Shown: in pieces, positions 12,701-24,558 of the stretch
Position numbering within the stretch: position 1 is the stretch's first letter
Layout of the letters: each line of letters starts with the position of its first letter
DNA from: Antedon mediterranea
Taxonomy: Eukaryota; Animalia; Echinodermata
Direction: 5' to 3'
Assembly: GCF_964355755.1 (NCBI RefSeq)
Contig: NC_092674.1
Span: forward strand, 20,832,001 to 20,896,000
Length of the DNA stretch: 64,000 nt
The notes under the pieces: generated by a model
Databases searched by the model: none
Seen by the model: only the letters and a program-made list of their open reading frames with translations
Told to the model about the DNA's origin: nothing
Position numbers and translations under genes: made by a program

Positions 12701-15130
12701 GACGCCACCGGGTTTTGCCATAAAATATGGTCTTTGAACTTTAACTGCAAAGGAACGAGAGTAGTACAAAATATGCTACTATCATTGAGTGTACCTGTAG
12801 ATTTTTGTTTATATTCACTGTGGCCTGACGAGCCGTCAAACCCCCATTTGAAAACCAATTTACAAATCAACATCGTCTCTTTCTAAATTTTCAACTACTT
12901 CTGTAATTTCTTCCTTTCTTTCCTAAACAATTTGAAGTGCAGTATGGTCCAGCAAGCTTTGAAGGGGTAATATTGCCGCATCTTCTTTAACCGTTATATT
13001 GTTTGGGTAGCATTTATGCTTAGCTTCCCGCACGTTGTTATATGGTGGGTAAATATCTGCCTGTTTGCCTTTTGCAGCCAACCTGAGGTATGACTGTTTT
13101 GTCATATCAGTTTCAACTAAAAGTGACAAAGCTTCTTCACTTGTAAACTTGATCAGTTCTGTTTTTTTATCGGATATTAACTTTCTTATTTTAGCTTGTC
13201 TTGATGGTGTTAGCATTGCAAACTTCAGCACATATTTTAAATGTGAATTTTGCCTTATAGACAGACGCCTTGTGATGCAGCATAGAGAAGTTCTTCTGGT
13301 TCTCTGACTACTAATAGCTGCTGTGCTTTTCTTTTTTTAGAGCGTTGCGAGAGAGAGCTCCAGTTCTTAGCCGGACGTCCCATATTTTGTGATAATGTTC
13401 CTGGCAGAGAGTCAGTTCCGTCACTAAACGAAAATGTTTGGTCCAGCCATTCTTTGTTATGGTTCTTGAAATGAACCTTGTGACGGCCATACTTGTACCA
13501 TCTTCTTCGTAAACAATAAAGAAATGCTTTGATATCTTTAGTAGTACACTCCAAAAGTTCTGTTGGTATGTTCTCGTCATTCCTTTACATTGTAATGTAA
13601 ACGCAATTCACGTAAACATACATCGCAGGCTAGTTTAATGTTGGTAATTAAACAAGCCGAATGGACAGCTTCAAAAAGTTGTCTTTTTGATATGGAGGCC
13701 ATGTTACCTGTACCTATACTTATTCTCACACTGGTATCATTCCCTTTTCCAATGCAGACGTGTGGGAATGTTTTCTCTTCGTCAAGTTTGTGCGATTGCG
13801 GTACATCATCAATGTGCGCAACCAAGCATAAACGGCCGAATGCATTATACATTTATTTTAAAACGGCACGCATAGGGACATTTAAATCGCTTCCTACTAT
13901 ATGCAATGTCGCGGATTGTCGCAGCCAAATTTGGTATTAACGTAAAGCTCAAGCTTTGCCCGAAATATTAATGTCAAAATTAGCACGCGAATCGACGCGA
14001 ATCCAAACTATTTTAGTGGTTTTACTTTAAAAATACGGTTTTTGGTATTTTTGGGCTATATTTGGCGACTTTTAACCCCAAAATAAAGCAATGGAAATTT
14101 TATTTTTACTGCCTAATATGGTTAATAACAGACAACAATTTCATGCAGTATGAAATCCATTGCTTTTTTCTAGAAAAAATAACAGCGAATTTATCAAAAC
14201 TGTTGTTTTTGCTCATTTCAAGTGAAATGTCATGGTTTCTTCCAGTTTCCATGGTTACAAGACACTATTAAAATTTACAAAATATAATATTATTAATGAA
14301 TTTATATAATTTAAGATGTCTTCTTCCTAATCCAATATTAAAAAATTTGGATTGCCACATTTACCATTTTGGACTTTTGGCACACTTTGAATTGATTCTG
14401 GCCCACTGTGTGGCGGTGACAATGGCAGATAGGAACTTATGGAGGAATCGAGTCATATAAGTTTGGGACTAAGTAAGTAAATAGAGGTAGTTCAAATGAA
14501 GAGTGTAAAATAAACATTTTGAGGAAAAAGAACTTTAAAGAATTAGAAGACAATGAAATTACAATCAAGCTACTGCGACTGTTTGTGTGTTGTAAAAATT
14601 ACTCCAGTGGTATTGGTCCTGTACAAGGATGAACTGTAATTTGACCAATCATGACGCGATGAATATGAAAACTGCCACTTTTTTTGGTTACCGTTGTGCC
14701 TACGTTGTGTCCAATTGGGAATTAAAAATTGTATTATTTGGAATTACTGTATGCCAAGCACTTTTTCTTTCAGAGGTACTAATAAGATATGAGTGGGTGC
14801 TGTCTGTACTGCATTGAAAGATGGTAAGAAGAGTACTGTAGGTACTGTACTACTACTACATGGGGTACAGTATATAATGGTAAAGAAAAAATGGTTAGCA
14901 AGACTTACGAATCCATTCATTTCTTTGACAGCAATATCTGCATCTGCTGGATTTTCAAATGTAATAAATCCAAATCCTCTGGAAATGTTGGTCTCTTTGT
15001 TCTTAACGATGATAATCTCACCAATCTTGCCGAACTTGGCAAACTTTGCTTGCAATGCTGATTCCAAAGTCTCCATGGACATGCCACCTACAAACACCTT
15101 GCCAGGTCTATCTTTTTCGGCTGGAGGCAT
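3762..15130 (-). CDS. RBMX: RBMX / hnRNP G-like RNA-binding protein (N-terminal RRM, RGG region, Y/R/P-rich low-complexity tail), ~538 aa, 11 coding exons
   Basis: Coding exons read manually, all GT-AG and phase-consistent: 14909-15130, 9234-9364, 8553-8944, 8134-8202, 7936-8010, 7539-7595, 6808-6906, 6480-6618, 5867-6033, 4936-5016, 3762-3946 (1617 nt). N-terminus MPPAEKDRPGKVFVGG...SRGFGFITFENPADA...MNGF|VLDGKPLKV parallels RBMX (EADRPGKLFIGG...SRGFAFVTFESPADA...LDGKAIKV). Ends in ...YERY*. Confidence 0.9.
10005..13702 (-). pseudogene. Transib transposase (RAG1 core-like DDE), with frameshifts and a stop, interrupted by an insertion at 10270-11898
   Basis: Motifs in order: GRPAKNWSSLSQRSKKRK (RAG1 NBD-like), YPPYNNVREAKHKCYP, LQSLLDHTA, KWGFDGSSG (D1), WQNPVASSSRFCRPI, TMVDQK (D2), RCYICGATP, LSPLHKWIRCFE, GNSNDGNTARRAF, HVLLVHG, then after the insertion LPIGMISEEAQEARNK (E). 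Confidence 0.92.
10270..11898. mobile_element. Non-autonomous TIR element (possibly hAT5-like) inserted in the Transib transposase
   Basis: TIR CTGGGGCGGATCCAG at 10270-10284, exact inverse at 11884-11898. GTAAT duplicated at 10265-10269 and 11899-11903. Removing it restores SVLPIGMISEEAQE. Confidence 0.85.
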
Positions 15131-15515
15131 GGTTTCTTTTTAAGCAGCTAAACAAATACTGTATTACCGGTAATATAAATAAATTATGTGTCACCGTCAA
15201 TGGGCAAAATACTGTAGAGTAAAGTACTGTACAGTATGTATCTTATTTATTGATAAAGTTTAAAATTCAGTGCTACTACTAACTAACTGTGATTAGTATT
15301 GTAAGGATACTTTTAATAAAAGGTTTGATTTGATTTAATAATTTAAAAAACAACATTCATGTACCCACTGTACATGAAGTAAATATCCACACCAACACAG
15401 CACAGTTAATCATACTGATAAAATACTAATGTAATACAGATGCATGATTGACCATGCCAATATCAAACTGTTATTACAGTGCACATGTGGTTGACTGCGC
15501 TGTGAGTGATAGGCT

Positions 15516-16314
15516 GGGATATGACCGGTTGGGCCGCCGACAAGTTGAGCCGCCGGTAATTTCTATGAAACGCCCAGTGCGTCTTTTACGACATTTCGCG
15601 TAGTGATAGAGGGGTGTCCTAGTACATAAGTTCATGGTCTCTAGGTTTATTGTGTCATGAAAATAAATAATAATTACATACTACAATTTTGTTGGTTTGA
15701 ACCGCCATAACAACACAGCAAAGGAAAGTAGTCATATTTAATAATTTAATTGTTTTTAATCTTTCAAATTCTTTCAAGTGCAGTGCACTCCATAATATTT
15801 TTCTCGTGTAAAATCATGTTGTCTCTCAGGACTAATAGAGTATTGATACTCTTCGAATGAGGTTAAATAATAATTATTTTTTATCTACTATCTTTTAATA
15901 TCATATTTTATTGAATTTTACAATGTTAATACACAAAATATTTTACTAAAAAACGGTGGTTTTATGCAATTAATTTACCGAAAAATGGAGTAGGCCTAGT
16001 TCATACAACTGCCGCCTAAGGGGGCAACATGTTTACGTCATTTTTGGCTAAAAACGATCATTTTCGGTCATGTTTTAGGCCTTATATTTTGGAATCTACA
16101 AGTCAGATATTCATAATTATTTCTCTTTAATTATAATATTTAATAATATATACTAAAAACCGTGATATATAAACTTTGGAATATACATTGTTATATCTAA
16201 TAATTAATATAAATAGAACTTCTATTAAATAGAAACGAGCACCGGCGAAAGTAAGCATTTGGCGTTTCATAGAAAATAACGTTTTTCTGGCGGCGGCTCA
16301 ACTTGGCCTAATCC
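15516..16314. mobile_element. MITE with 8-bp TSD in RBMX intron 1 (Merlin-like, uncertain)
   Basis: GATAGGCT at 15508-15515 and 16315-16322. Subterminal inverted repeats CAAGTTGAGCCGCC and TTTCTATGAAACGCC. GG...CC termini imperfect. Confidence 0.55.
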
Positions 16315-16654
16315 GATAGGCTCATCTGTAATTTCAGTAGGCCAAACATACTGTACAGTATATACCTAGGCTAGGCCTAGTACTGTAGTCTAGTAGTAAA
16401 ACGAAATTTCATAAATAAAATACAGTACTGTACCAAATAGAACAAGGCCTACATGGACTGGTGGTACGGGGTGGTACGCCGCCGGGTCGGAAAGCATCAC
16501 ACACGCATCATGCCTACTAGCCTAGTAGGCTCGGCGTGGGCATGCCTTCGCTGTTAATACCAAGTTTTCAAGAAATATCGTGGATTATATATTGGAACTA
16601 CCTTAAAAAAGACTACAAATTTGACACCGTTTAATGTATAAATTAATAGTTTAC

Positions 16655-16772
16655 CTATTATCAGCAAATGCACTTCTAATATCAGTCTTTAAGTTATAAT
16701 TTAGTAAGCCATATAATACTTGAAATAACCACTTCCAAAAAACAAAAGGTTAAAGAAAGACGCAAGCAGAGG
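16655..16772 (-). other. Probable non-coding first exon (5' UTR) of the RBMX-like gene
   Basis: Donor AG|GTAAAC at 16654, matching acceptor at 15148-15149 just upstream of the ATG. Pyrimidine-rich start region (CCTCTGCTTGCGTCTTTCTTTAACC on minus). Confidence 0.5.
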
Positions 16773-18419
16773 CAGCGTTGCCAGCGATAAAATTTAAATT
16801 ATGCCGTATCCTGTCTCAAATAATGCCAGATTGGGAAAAATAATGCCAGATCCCCAAAATGTGGCCCTAAACAGCGCCACCAACGGTTGTATGTCTAATA
16901 AACGTTTGTAAAACCCCAACTGACACAAAATAGGGCCTAAAATTGTATCCCCATGTCATACAAAATTTATATTTTTAGTTTTGTGAGTAATAACTAATAA
17001 TTCTAAATATCTGGGGTGCGAAAATGGTAATTGCAAATGACACCAACACCAACCCCCACCCCCCTCCCCCCCAAAAAAAACCTGTTACAGCCATGGAAAT
17101 TTATAATTTTTGAGCTGAAATATGAGAGCTGCTCGATGGCCGGGATCTTTGCACTTAATTTCAAATATGAAAGGATCTTAGCCCACCATAATTAGAAAAT
17201 GGCAATTATAATTTAAAATAGGAAATAAAAAAAATTATTTTGAGTGTCTCCAGGACCTCAGCCCCACCATGGTTGATAAGAAAATTTGGAAAAATACAGC
17301 TACTCGATGGCCGGAAATGGCACTTAATTTAAAATATGAAATAAAAATATATTTATTAGTGTCTCCATGATCTTAGCCCACCATAGTTCGAAAATGGCAA
17401 TTATAATTTAAAATAGGAAATCAAAATATATATTAATTGTGTCTCCAGGACCTCAGCCCCAACCATGGTGGGGCTGAGGTAAGAAAATTTGAAAAATATA
17501 GAGCTGCTCAATGGCCGGAAATGGCACTTAATTTCAAATATAAAATAAAAATATATTTATTAGTACCTCCAGGATCTTAGCCCATGATAGTTTTGAAAGT
17601 GCCAATTATAATTTAAAATAGGAAATAAAAATATATATTAAGTGTTTCCAGGACCTCAGCCCCACCATGGTTGGGGCTGAGGTAAAACAAATTGGAAAAA
17701 TAGAGCTGCTAGATGGCCGGAAATTGCACTTAATTTTAAATAACAATGTATAAGAGTCCCTAGGACCTCGCCCCATCATGGTCACTGAGAGGTGAAGAAA
17801 ATTTGGAAATATAGGGTTGCTACGACGATGCAAATGGAACATAATTTGAAATATGGAAAACAAATTCTCTAGAAGAAATTCTTTTTAAAATTAGAGCTTC
17901 TAGTTATCGGAAATTGCCATTTTAAGGGTTGGGGTAGGGGTGTGGCCGCTTATAATTATGAACTGAAAAAACAAAACCCCTTTCATAATGTTTTCGTTCA
18001 ATTGTCTCTATATCTGGGGATCCAATAACCTGCATGGTCTCTGAAATAGAGCAACATAATTGGCCAATAGCTAGCCTCTTCGGATTTGTTGTGCTGCCTA
18101 TATCGCACACACGGTAGTTTTTGAGCAGCCTTCCTATCCGAAGAGTCGATTAAGTCCGAAACGAAATGATGGAAGAACTATTGTACGGAAAACCCGAACA
18201 GATCTGTTTTGTATGATATGATATTGTGTAAGGTGATATGTATTAACAAAATATTTTATTTTTGTTCTGTGGTATTATTATTTTTTTGGTTGTTCAAAAA
18301 ACACTAAATTATGCCAGATTATGCTAAAAACGGCTAAATAATGCCGCGGCATTATGCCAGATGCCGTGGGCCTCCAAATAATGCCAAAAAGCATAATAAT
18401 GCCAGAAATGGCAACTATG
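16773..18419. mobile_element. hAT-like non-autonomous element with internal ~185-bp tandem repeats
   Basis: Termini CAGCGTTGCCA / TGGCAACTATG. 8-bp TSD AGCAGAGG at 16765-16772 and 18420-18427. Subterminal ATGCCAGA repeats. Internal units with CCTCAGCCCCACCATGG...GATGGCCGGAAATGGCACT. Confidence 0.85.
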
Positions 18420-20241
18420 AGCAGAGGGAATAATAGAGCACCGCGTTTCGGTACTTTACAAAACATGAAACATACGGTCTAAAATGAAGTAGAAAAAATA
18501 TGAAATATAGGGCCTAGTCTAGTAGTATAGTAATTAATATCATTTGTGGTGCTTTATTATTATTTACTGAATGTTGAAAACACGTATTTTTAACCAAATA
18601 TAAAAATCACAAAATAAGCAGTATATTAACTAGATTGATGTATTGCTTATAATATCATTCAAGTTCATAATTAATTGTTTTTGTAATGTAGTTACATTGC
18701 GCCCTCTATCATCTTTACATTTTTTGTGTGTTGAGTGTTTTAATTTTAATATCTATGGTGTTTTTCACGCTGTTGCTTTAGCCAGCTACGTCCCAAGAAG
18801 ACTACTCATTTCAGAAGCTATAAGCAAGCAGCAGTTATAATAGAGAGAAATGGTGAACCGCGATGACGTCACTCAAATTTCACCGAGTGGGTATAGATTG
18901 TAAACAAACCATTTCGCCACATGTTTTTGTATGGGAAATTCCGATGGGTTGAGTTAAAAAGGTAGTTAGAAAAGAACGTTTAAAACACACATAATAGCAG
19001 TATCTTTTTTTTTTGCAACACTCTTAACAATTTTAATGTTATATGGGCAAATCTTAACATATTTTATTTCAATTTGGATTGAATTAAGACGCGTTTTTGT
19101 TATATACTGGACCCAGCTCTAGGCCCTAGATAGTTTCGCTGATGCTGTGTTGACCTCGAGTAGGCCTACTCGAGCAGGCCTACTCGAGCGAGCCTAGCAC
19201 GGATTATCGGTTATTATAATAATAATAATAATATTGGAAATTCTTTATTGCATACTGTACTACTACTACTTTAGCTAGGGTGCTGCTAGGCCTCTCCTAT
19301 CTAGGTAGTAAGACTAAATAGAGCATCTCTAGTAGACGTAGCCCTAGCATTTAGTTTCAGCTTGACAACTGCCATTTTGTTATGTGGCTAGTAGTGATGC
19401 TTCCTGCCGGGGGGCTACCGCCAGTAATGAATACTTGATAAGACCATTCTACTATAATACTATAGGCCTAGTCTAATGTAGACCTACAGATAGATATGAG
19501 ATATTTTTAGGAATATGATTGTGAATGATGGATGACTAAATACACAAATAGTAAAAGAATTATGAGCGTTACAGCAACAACATTGGTTAGACGACGCCAT
19601 GATTCACGTGTATAAACATAGGAAATGTGCCGCCCTCAACGGTTTGCTATGATTTTATACCCACTCGGATTTTAGACGTCGGTTCGCCATTTCTCTCTAT
19701 TCTAGACGAGAGGCAAACGTTTTTGATAATTTTTAAAATAGAACGAGTCATGCTAAAATTACAAACCCGAAAGCACGTCTGGGAGAAGAGAGTGAACCAA
19801 TTTGCACAGTATTATATAGACTGCACAGTAATCTGTAAAATCTTACCTAGGCCAGTATTATAATAATTCACTGTCAAATAACCAAAGCATGTATTTCTGG
19901 TATTTACAATGAGTCCCATTTAACTGTCAAGACATTGAATTATTATCAAAACAGTCCCGATAAGATTAATAGTAAAGTTTTTGTTTGTAATAGGATATAC
20001 AGTTCACACTTGAAGCATCTAATAAATGTTGAATTATTATCTCTTGATGAAGTGACACCCAGACTTGATCTTAGCAATAAAATAAACTAAAGTGACTGAA
20101 ATTGAGTCTGTTTAGTATAATAAAGTAATATTAGTTAGGCATCATTTTTATTTGAATTATTTAATTAAGCACATCATCTTTTACAGATTCAGTATTTTTT
20201 ATTTTTCAATTTCAATTTCAGGTAAATAATTGTTTACTTAA

Positions 20242-20794
20242 AGATGTATTGTTCCTTTGACTAATTCCAAAAAAAATATAAAAAAAAGATTTCGAAAAAA
20301 AGTGGGTCATTTTGAAGTATCATAATAGTTATTAACTTTCACCAAAAATCAGTCGAAAAAAAAAATCATTTAACTGAAATACTGACGTACAGTATTTTGG
20401 TTTAAAAATTAACTTTGACTGGAAGTCAAAGTTTTCGATCAAAACATATCTCATAACGCAACGTGCTTGATTTGGCTACTCTGTATGCATAATCATAAAA
20501 CTTCCTCGCGATCTGTGTGAGAACACCTTCTCAACCGTGACGAGTTGTAAACAATCCTAATAGCATCATGCATAATGCATAATACTCATGGTTTGAAATC
20601 TTTGTTTACTTTCGCTCCTGACGATTTTCCTGACGAAATGTCAAATTAATTTACCTGTTAATTACGTAAACTTGTTGTTTTTGGCTCGAATTTTCAACTT
20701 AAAGTGAATAACTTTAATATTACTTTGATATGACCAATTTAAATTTAGAATATTTTGATTTTCATTTGTTTGTGTTTCAAGGGACAATACATCT
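20242..20794. mobile_element. Kolobok-type MITE
   Basis: TTAA on both sides; TIR AGATGTATTGTTCC / GGGACAATACATCT. Related ends near 42897 and 46678. Confidence 0.7.
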
Positions 20795-21388
20795 TTAACG
20801 TGAATAATTATTATGTGACAATAAAATGACAAATTTGAAATAACAAATATTTTTCAGGGGGACAATATATCTTTTAAACTGTTACGTCAACAAACGAGCA
20901 GCGTTTTCTGTAAGAAATATTTCTTGTTTAAGGCCTATAGTATTTCCATTGTAATTCTTAAAGTTGTTATAATGTCTTATAGTTAATTTTTTAAAGGTTA
21001 TTTATCAATACATATAAAATATAATTAAAAAAAACAAGGAAAATAGAAAAAAAAAATGTTTTTTATTGTAGAAAAAGGAATCTATAATTCATGTTGTTGA
21101 AGAAACAACTTTCTGACAGTAAGTTACAGTGGGAGTCTTATAATGTAAACTGTATTATATTTCTGTATAACAATTTGCATTGTATATATAATTATTTTAT
21201 TTATAATTTTTTCTCCATTGCTATACAATCTACTAATCTGTGAATTAGCCAAACTTTTATGGCGCCTTACAATGGTATCTTCCTCATGGGTATTTGTTTG
21301 GCTGCCCGAATTTAATCAACACAAAATGGTACAAAGTACGGCTAACAACAGCATCACGCTTAACCCATTCCAAATGAAAAAGCTCGCG

Positions 21389-22177
21389 TTTTTAGTCGCG
21401 TGGAAGCGACTCTATAGTTCACTATGTCGGTCGGTCGGTCTGTCTGTCTGTCTGTCGGTCTGTCTGTCTGTCTGTCGGTCCGGTATCACTATGCGTTTTA
21501 TCGCTTTCTGACCTTATCTTGATATCAGTTTAATCTAGCTAGGTCAATTTTTCACAGTATATTCCTTATGGCCAGGAATCAATGTGGTTATGTTTTCACG
21601 GTGCGCAATAAAAAATTACGCGGTCTACGCACGATTTAACGAAATCACGTTTGTAATCATATCTTCACAACCATGAATCACAATTAAATAAAATTTGGTA
21701 CTCATAAATTTCAGGGCATAAATCATCATATGGCAATACAATTACGTGCGTAGCGCATGTAACGCATGCGTACGCGCGCTTAAAATTTTCAAAATTTATT
21801 TTCGATGAAATAAGAGTACATTTCAGGCAATTTTAAGCGTTTACAAAATTGCCATGAGTGCGCATATTTTTGCGCGCGCACTGCGCGTTAAATGTTATTG
21901 CGCACTCTTTTTGCCCGATTTCTGTTTTCTTGACTTACTTTTCAACTCGAAATTACGTTATACGAGCACGTCGAAAGTGACAGGCTACGCACGTGTAAAT
22001 AAAAAAAAATAAATGTTTTTAAACATTTCAACATTTTTAAACATGTTCAGTAATTTCGGTCAGTATAGTTCACTATGTCGGTCGGTCGGTCTCTCTGTCT
22101 GTCGGTCTGTCGGTCTGTCTGTCGGTACGGTATCACTATGCATTGTAGCACGCGACTTAATGGCTGTTGGCCTTGTT
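21389..22177 (+). mobile_element. Helentron-associated non-autonomous element (HINE/DINE-1-like)
   Basis: Starts TTTTTAGTCGCGTG, has (GTCG/GTCT)n microsatellites and a duplicated TATAGTTCACTATGTCGG block, ends GGCCTTGTT. Inverted copies at 47503-48043 and 46751-46866. Confidence 0.7.
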
Positions 22178-22799
22178 CTATTTTATAGCTTGCAATAAAT
22201 ATTCATTTCATTAGTGTAAAATTACTTCCGTTTAATATACTGACAAGCCGCTTCAGTGCCCGAATGGCGGCTGGATAAAATAAAAGCTGTTACGAAACAT
22301 ATTTATACGAGAGATGATGGAACGGTAACGTCTACCACTATGTAACACCTTTAGGCGCGCCTATGCATTAGAATTATATATTTGAACTTCCTTGCACACA
22401 GAACAAAAACATTTTGAGAAAAAGAGATAATTCTCATAAAATAGAAACATGATTCAAAATAACAAAACGTTCCTTTCAAGTGTAGTGGCCATTAAAGTAT
22501 TTTAAATTACACATTTTTGTTACAAATTATATATCGTAAAATCTCGAAAATATGCCCATGGGAATTGGGGCTTCTTTTCGAGATGAATGCTGTACATTTT
22601 GTGAATTGCTACTAGACAAATATGATTGTTTTAAACATTCTCCATCATGCCAATTTTACATATTTACCATTTTAATCTCCTTACTATGTGTTTGTATTAT
22701 TTGAGATTCATAATCTATAATATTTATAAAGATTGATTGATTTCGAAATGGCCTTATCTCGGGAGTTTTTTAGCAAGCCAAAAAAAAAAAAAAAAAAAA

Positions 22800-24262
22800 A
22801 TTGTATTTTTAGTTTTGTGAGTAATAACTAATACTTCTAAAAATATCTGGGGTGCGAAAATGGTAATTGCAAATGACACAAACACCAACCCACGAACCCT
22901 TCTCCCCCCCCCCAAAAAAAAAAACCTGTTACAGCCATGGAAATTTAGAATTTTTGAGCTGAAATATGAGAGCTGCTCGATCTTTGCACTTAATTTCAAA
23001 TATGAAAGGATCTTAGCCCACCATAATTAGAAAATGGCAATTATAATTTAAAATAGGAAATAAATATATATTAAGTGTCTCCAGGACCTCAGCCCCACCA
23101 TGGTTGGGACTGAGGTACACAAATTTGGAAAATAGAGCTGCTCGATGGCCGGAAATGGCACTTAATTTCAGATATGAAATAAAAATATATTTATTAGTAC
23201 CTCCAGGATCTTAGCCCACCATAGTTCAAAAATGGCAATTATAATTTAAAATAGGAAATAAAAATATATATTAAGTGTCTCCAGGACCTCAGCTCCACCA
23301 TGGCTGGTGCTGAGGTAAGAACATTTGGAAAAATAGAGCTGCTCATTGGGCGGAAATGGCACTTAATTTCAAATATGAAATAAAAATATATTTATTAGTA
23401 CCTCCAGGATCTTAGCCCATCATAGTTTTGAAAATGGCAATTATAATTTAAAATAGGAAATAAAAATATATATTAAGTGTCTCCATGACCTCAGCCCCAC
23501 CATGGTTGGGGCTGAGGTTAAAAAAAATGGAAAAATAGAGCTGCTCGATGGGCGGAAATGGCACTTAATTTTAAATAAAAATTACCTCGCCCACATGGTC
23601 ACTACTGTGGCTGAGAGGTGAAGAACATTTGGAAAAATAGGGTTGCTACGACGATGCAAATGGAACATAATTTGAAATATGGAAAACAAATTCTCCTAGA
23701 AGAAATTCTTTTTAAAATTAGAGCTTCTAATTAGTTACTGGAAATTGCCATTTCAAGGGTTGGGGTAGGAGTGCGGCCACTTATAATTATGAACTGAATC
23801 AACAAAACCCCTTTCATAATGTTTTCGTTCAATTGTCTCTATATCTAGGGATCCAATAACCTGCATGGTCTCTGAAATAGAGCAACATAATTAGTCAATA
23901 GCTAGCCTCTTCGGATTTGTTGTGCTGCCTATATCGCACACACGGTAGTTTTCGAGCAGCCTTCCTATCCGAAGAGTCGATTAAGTCCGAAACAAAAGGA
24001 TGGAATAACTATTGTACGGAAAACCCGAACAGATCTGTTTTGTACGATATGATATTGTGTAAGGTGATATGCATTAAATTGCAAGATTAAACAAAATATT
24101 TTATTTTTGTTCTGTGGTATATTATTTTTTTGGTTGTTCAAAAACACAAAATTATGCCAGATTATGCTAAAAACGGCTAAATAATGCCGCGGCATTATGC
24201 CAGATGCCGTGGGCCTCTAAATAATGCCAAAAAGCATAATAATGCCAGAAATGGCAACTATG
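22800..24262. mobile_element. Second, 5'-truncated copy of the 16773-18419 element, same orientation
   Basis: Near-identical from TTTTTAGTTTTGTGAGTAATAAC through the ...AAATGGCAACTATG terminus; the left TIR is missing. Confidence 0.85.
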
Positions 24263-24329
24263 TCCCCGTCCCCCAACCCCTTACTCTTTTTTTAAATATG
24301 CAAATTAGTTTTAGAGAGGAAAAGTGATT

Positions 24330-24558
24330 GGACCATAGGGGAATTAAATCCTCTGTGATTGGACAATGGGACAACTCATGAATATTTATGATTATTTTTA
24401 CCCTTAAGTTTAACCCTTAAATTAAGTGTTTTCCTTAGGTAAGTGAATCCCTTAACTCATTTGTGAATACCCCTTAAGTGTTTCCCTTTGTTAAGGGAAT
24501 TCTTAAATTTTAAGGGTAAGTATTTCCCTTAGCCTAAGTGAGATTGGTGAATACGGCC
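24330..24558. mobile_element. One end of a PIF/Harbinger-like element
   Basis: CCCTTAA subterminal repeats ending in TTGGTGAATACGGCC (reverse complement GGCCGTATTCACCAA, Harbinger-like). No partner end found. Confidence 0.45.

Larger units (their letters stand above)
9575..14410 (-). mobile_element. Transib DNA transposon (RAG1-related superfamily), defective; only one TIR found
   Basis: Terminus CACAGTGGGCC on minus at 14410 plus transposase remnants. No matching CACAGTG end or TSD found on the left, so the left boundary is approximate. Confidence 0.85.
9440..14481 (+). mobile_element. 3' remnant of an RTE/RTEX-type LINE, split by the Transib element (pieces ~9440-9573 and 14411-14481)
   Basis: First piece translates ...DKIISDVLLWHPKHGLAKQGRPTLTYIDVLETDT. 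The piece right after the Transib end reads AVTMADRNLWRNRV followed by a TAAGTAAGTAA tail. Together these form the typical RTE-clade C-terminus. Confidence 0.65.

Noticed and set aside
9575-14410. ProtoRAG-like RAG1L-RAG2L gene pair
   Set aside because: No kelch/PHD RAG2-like ORF and no RAG1 N-terminal RING region is visible; the motifs are those of a plain Transib transposase.
12044-15143. Plus-strand ORFs 12044-12319, 12662-12886, 13638-13940 and 14793-15143
   Set aside because: Antisense shadows of the Transib transposase and the RBMX RRM exon.
17100-17800. CRISPR-like palindromic repeats (also 22980-23600)
   Set aside because: The intervening sequences are repeated too; this is an internal tandem array of a TIR element.
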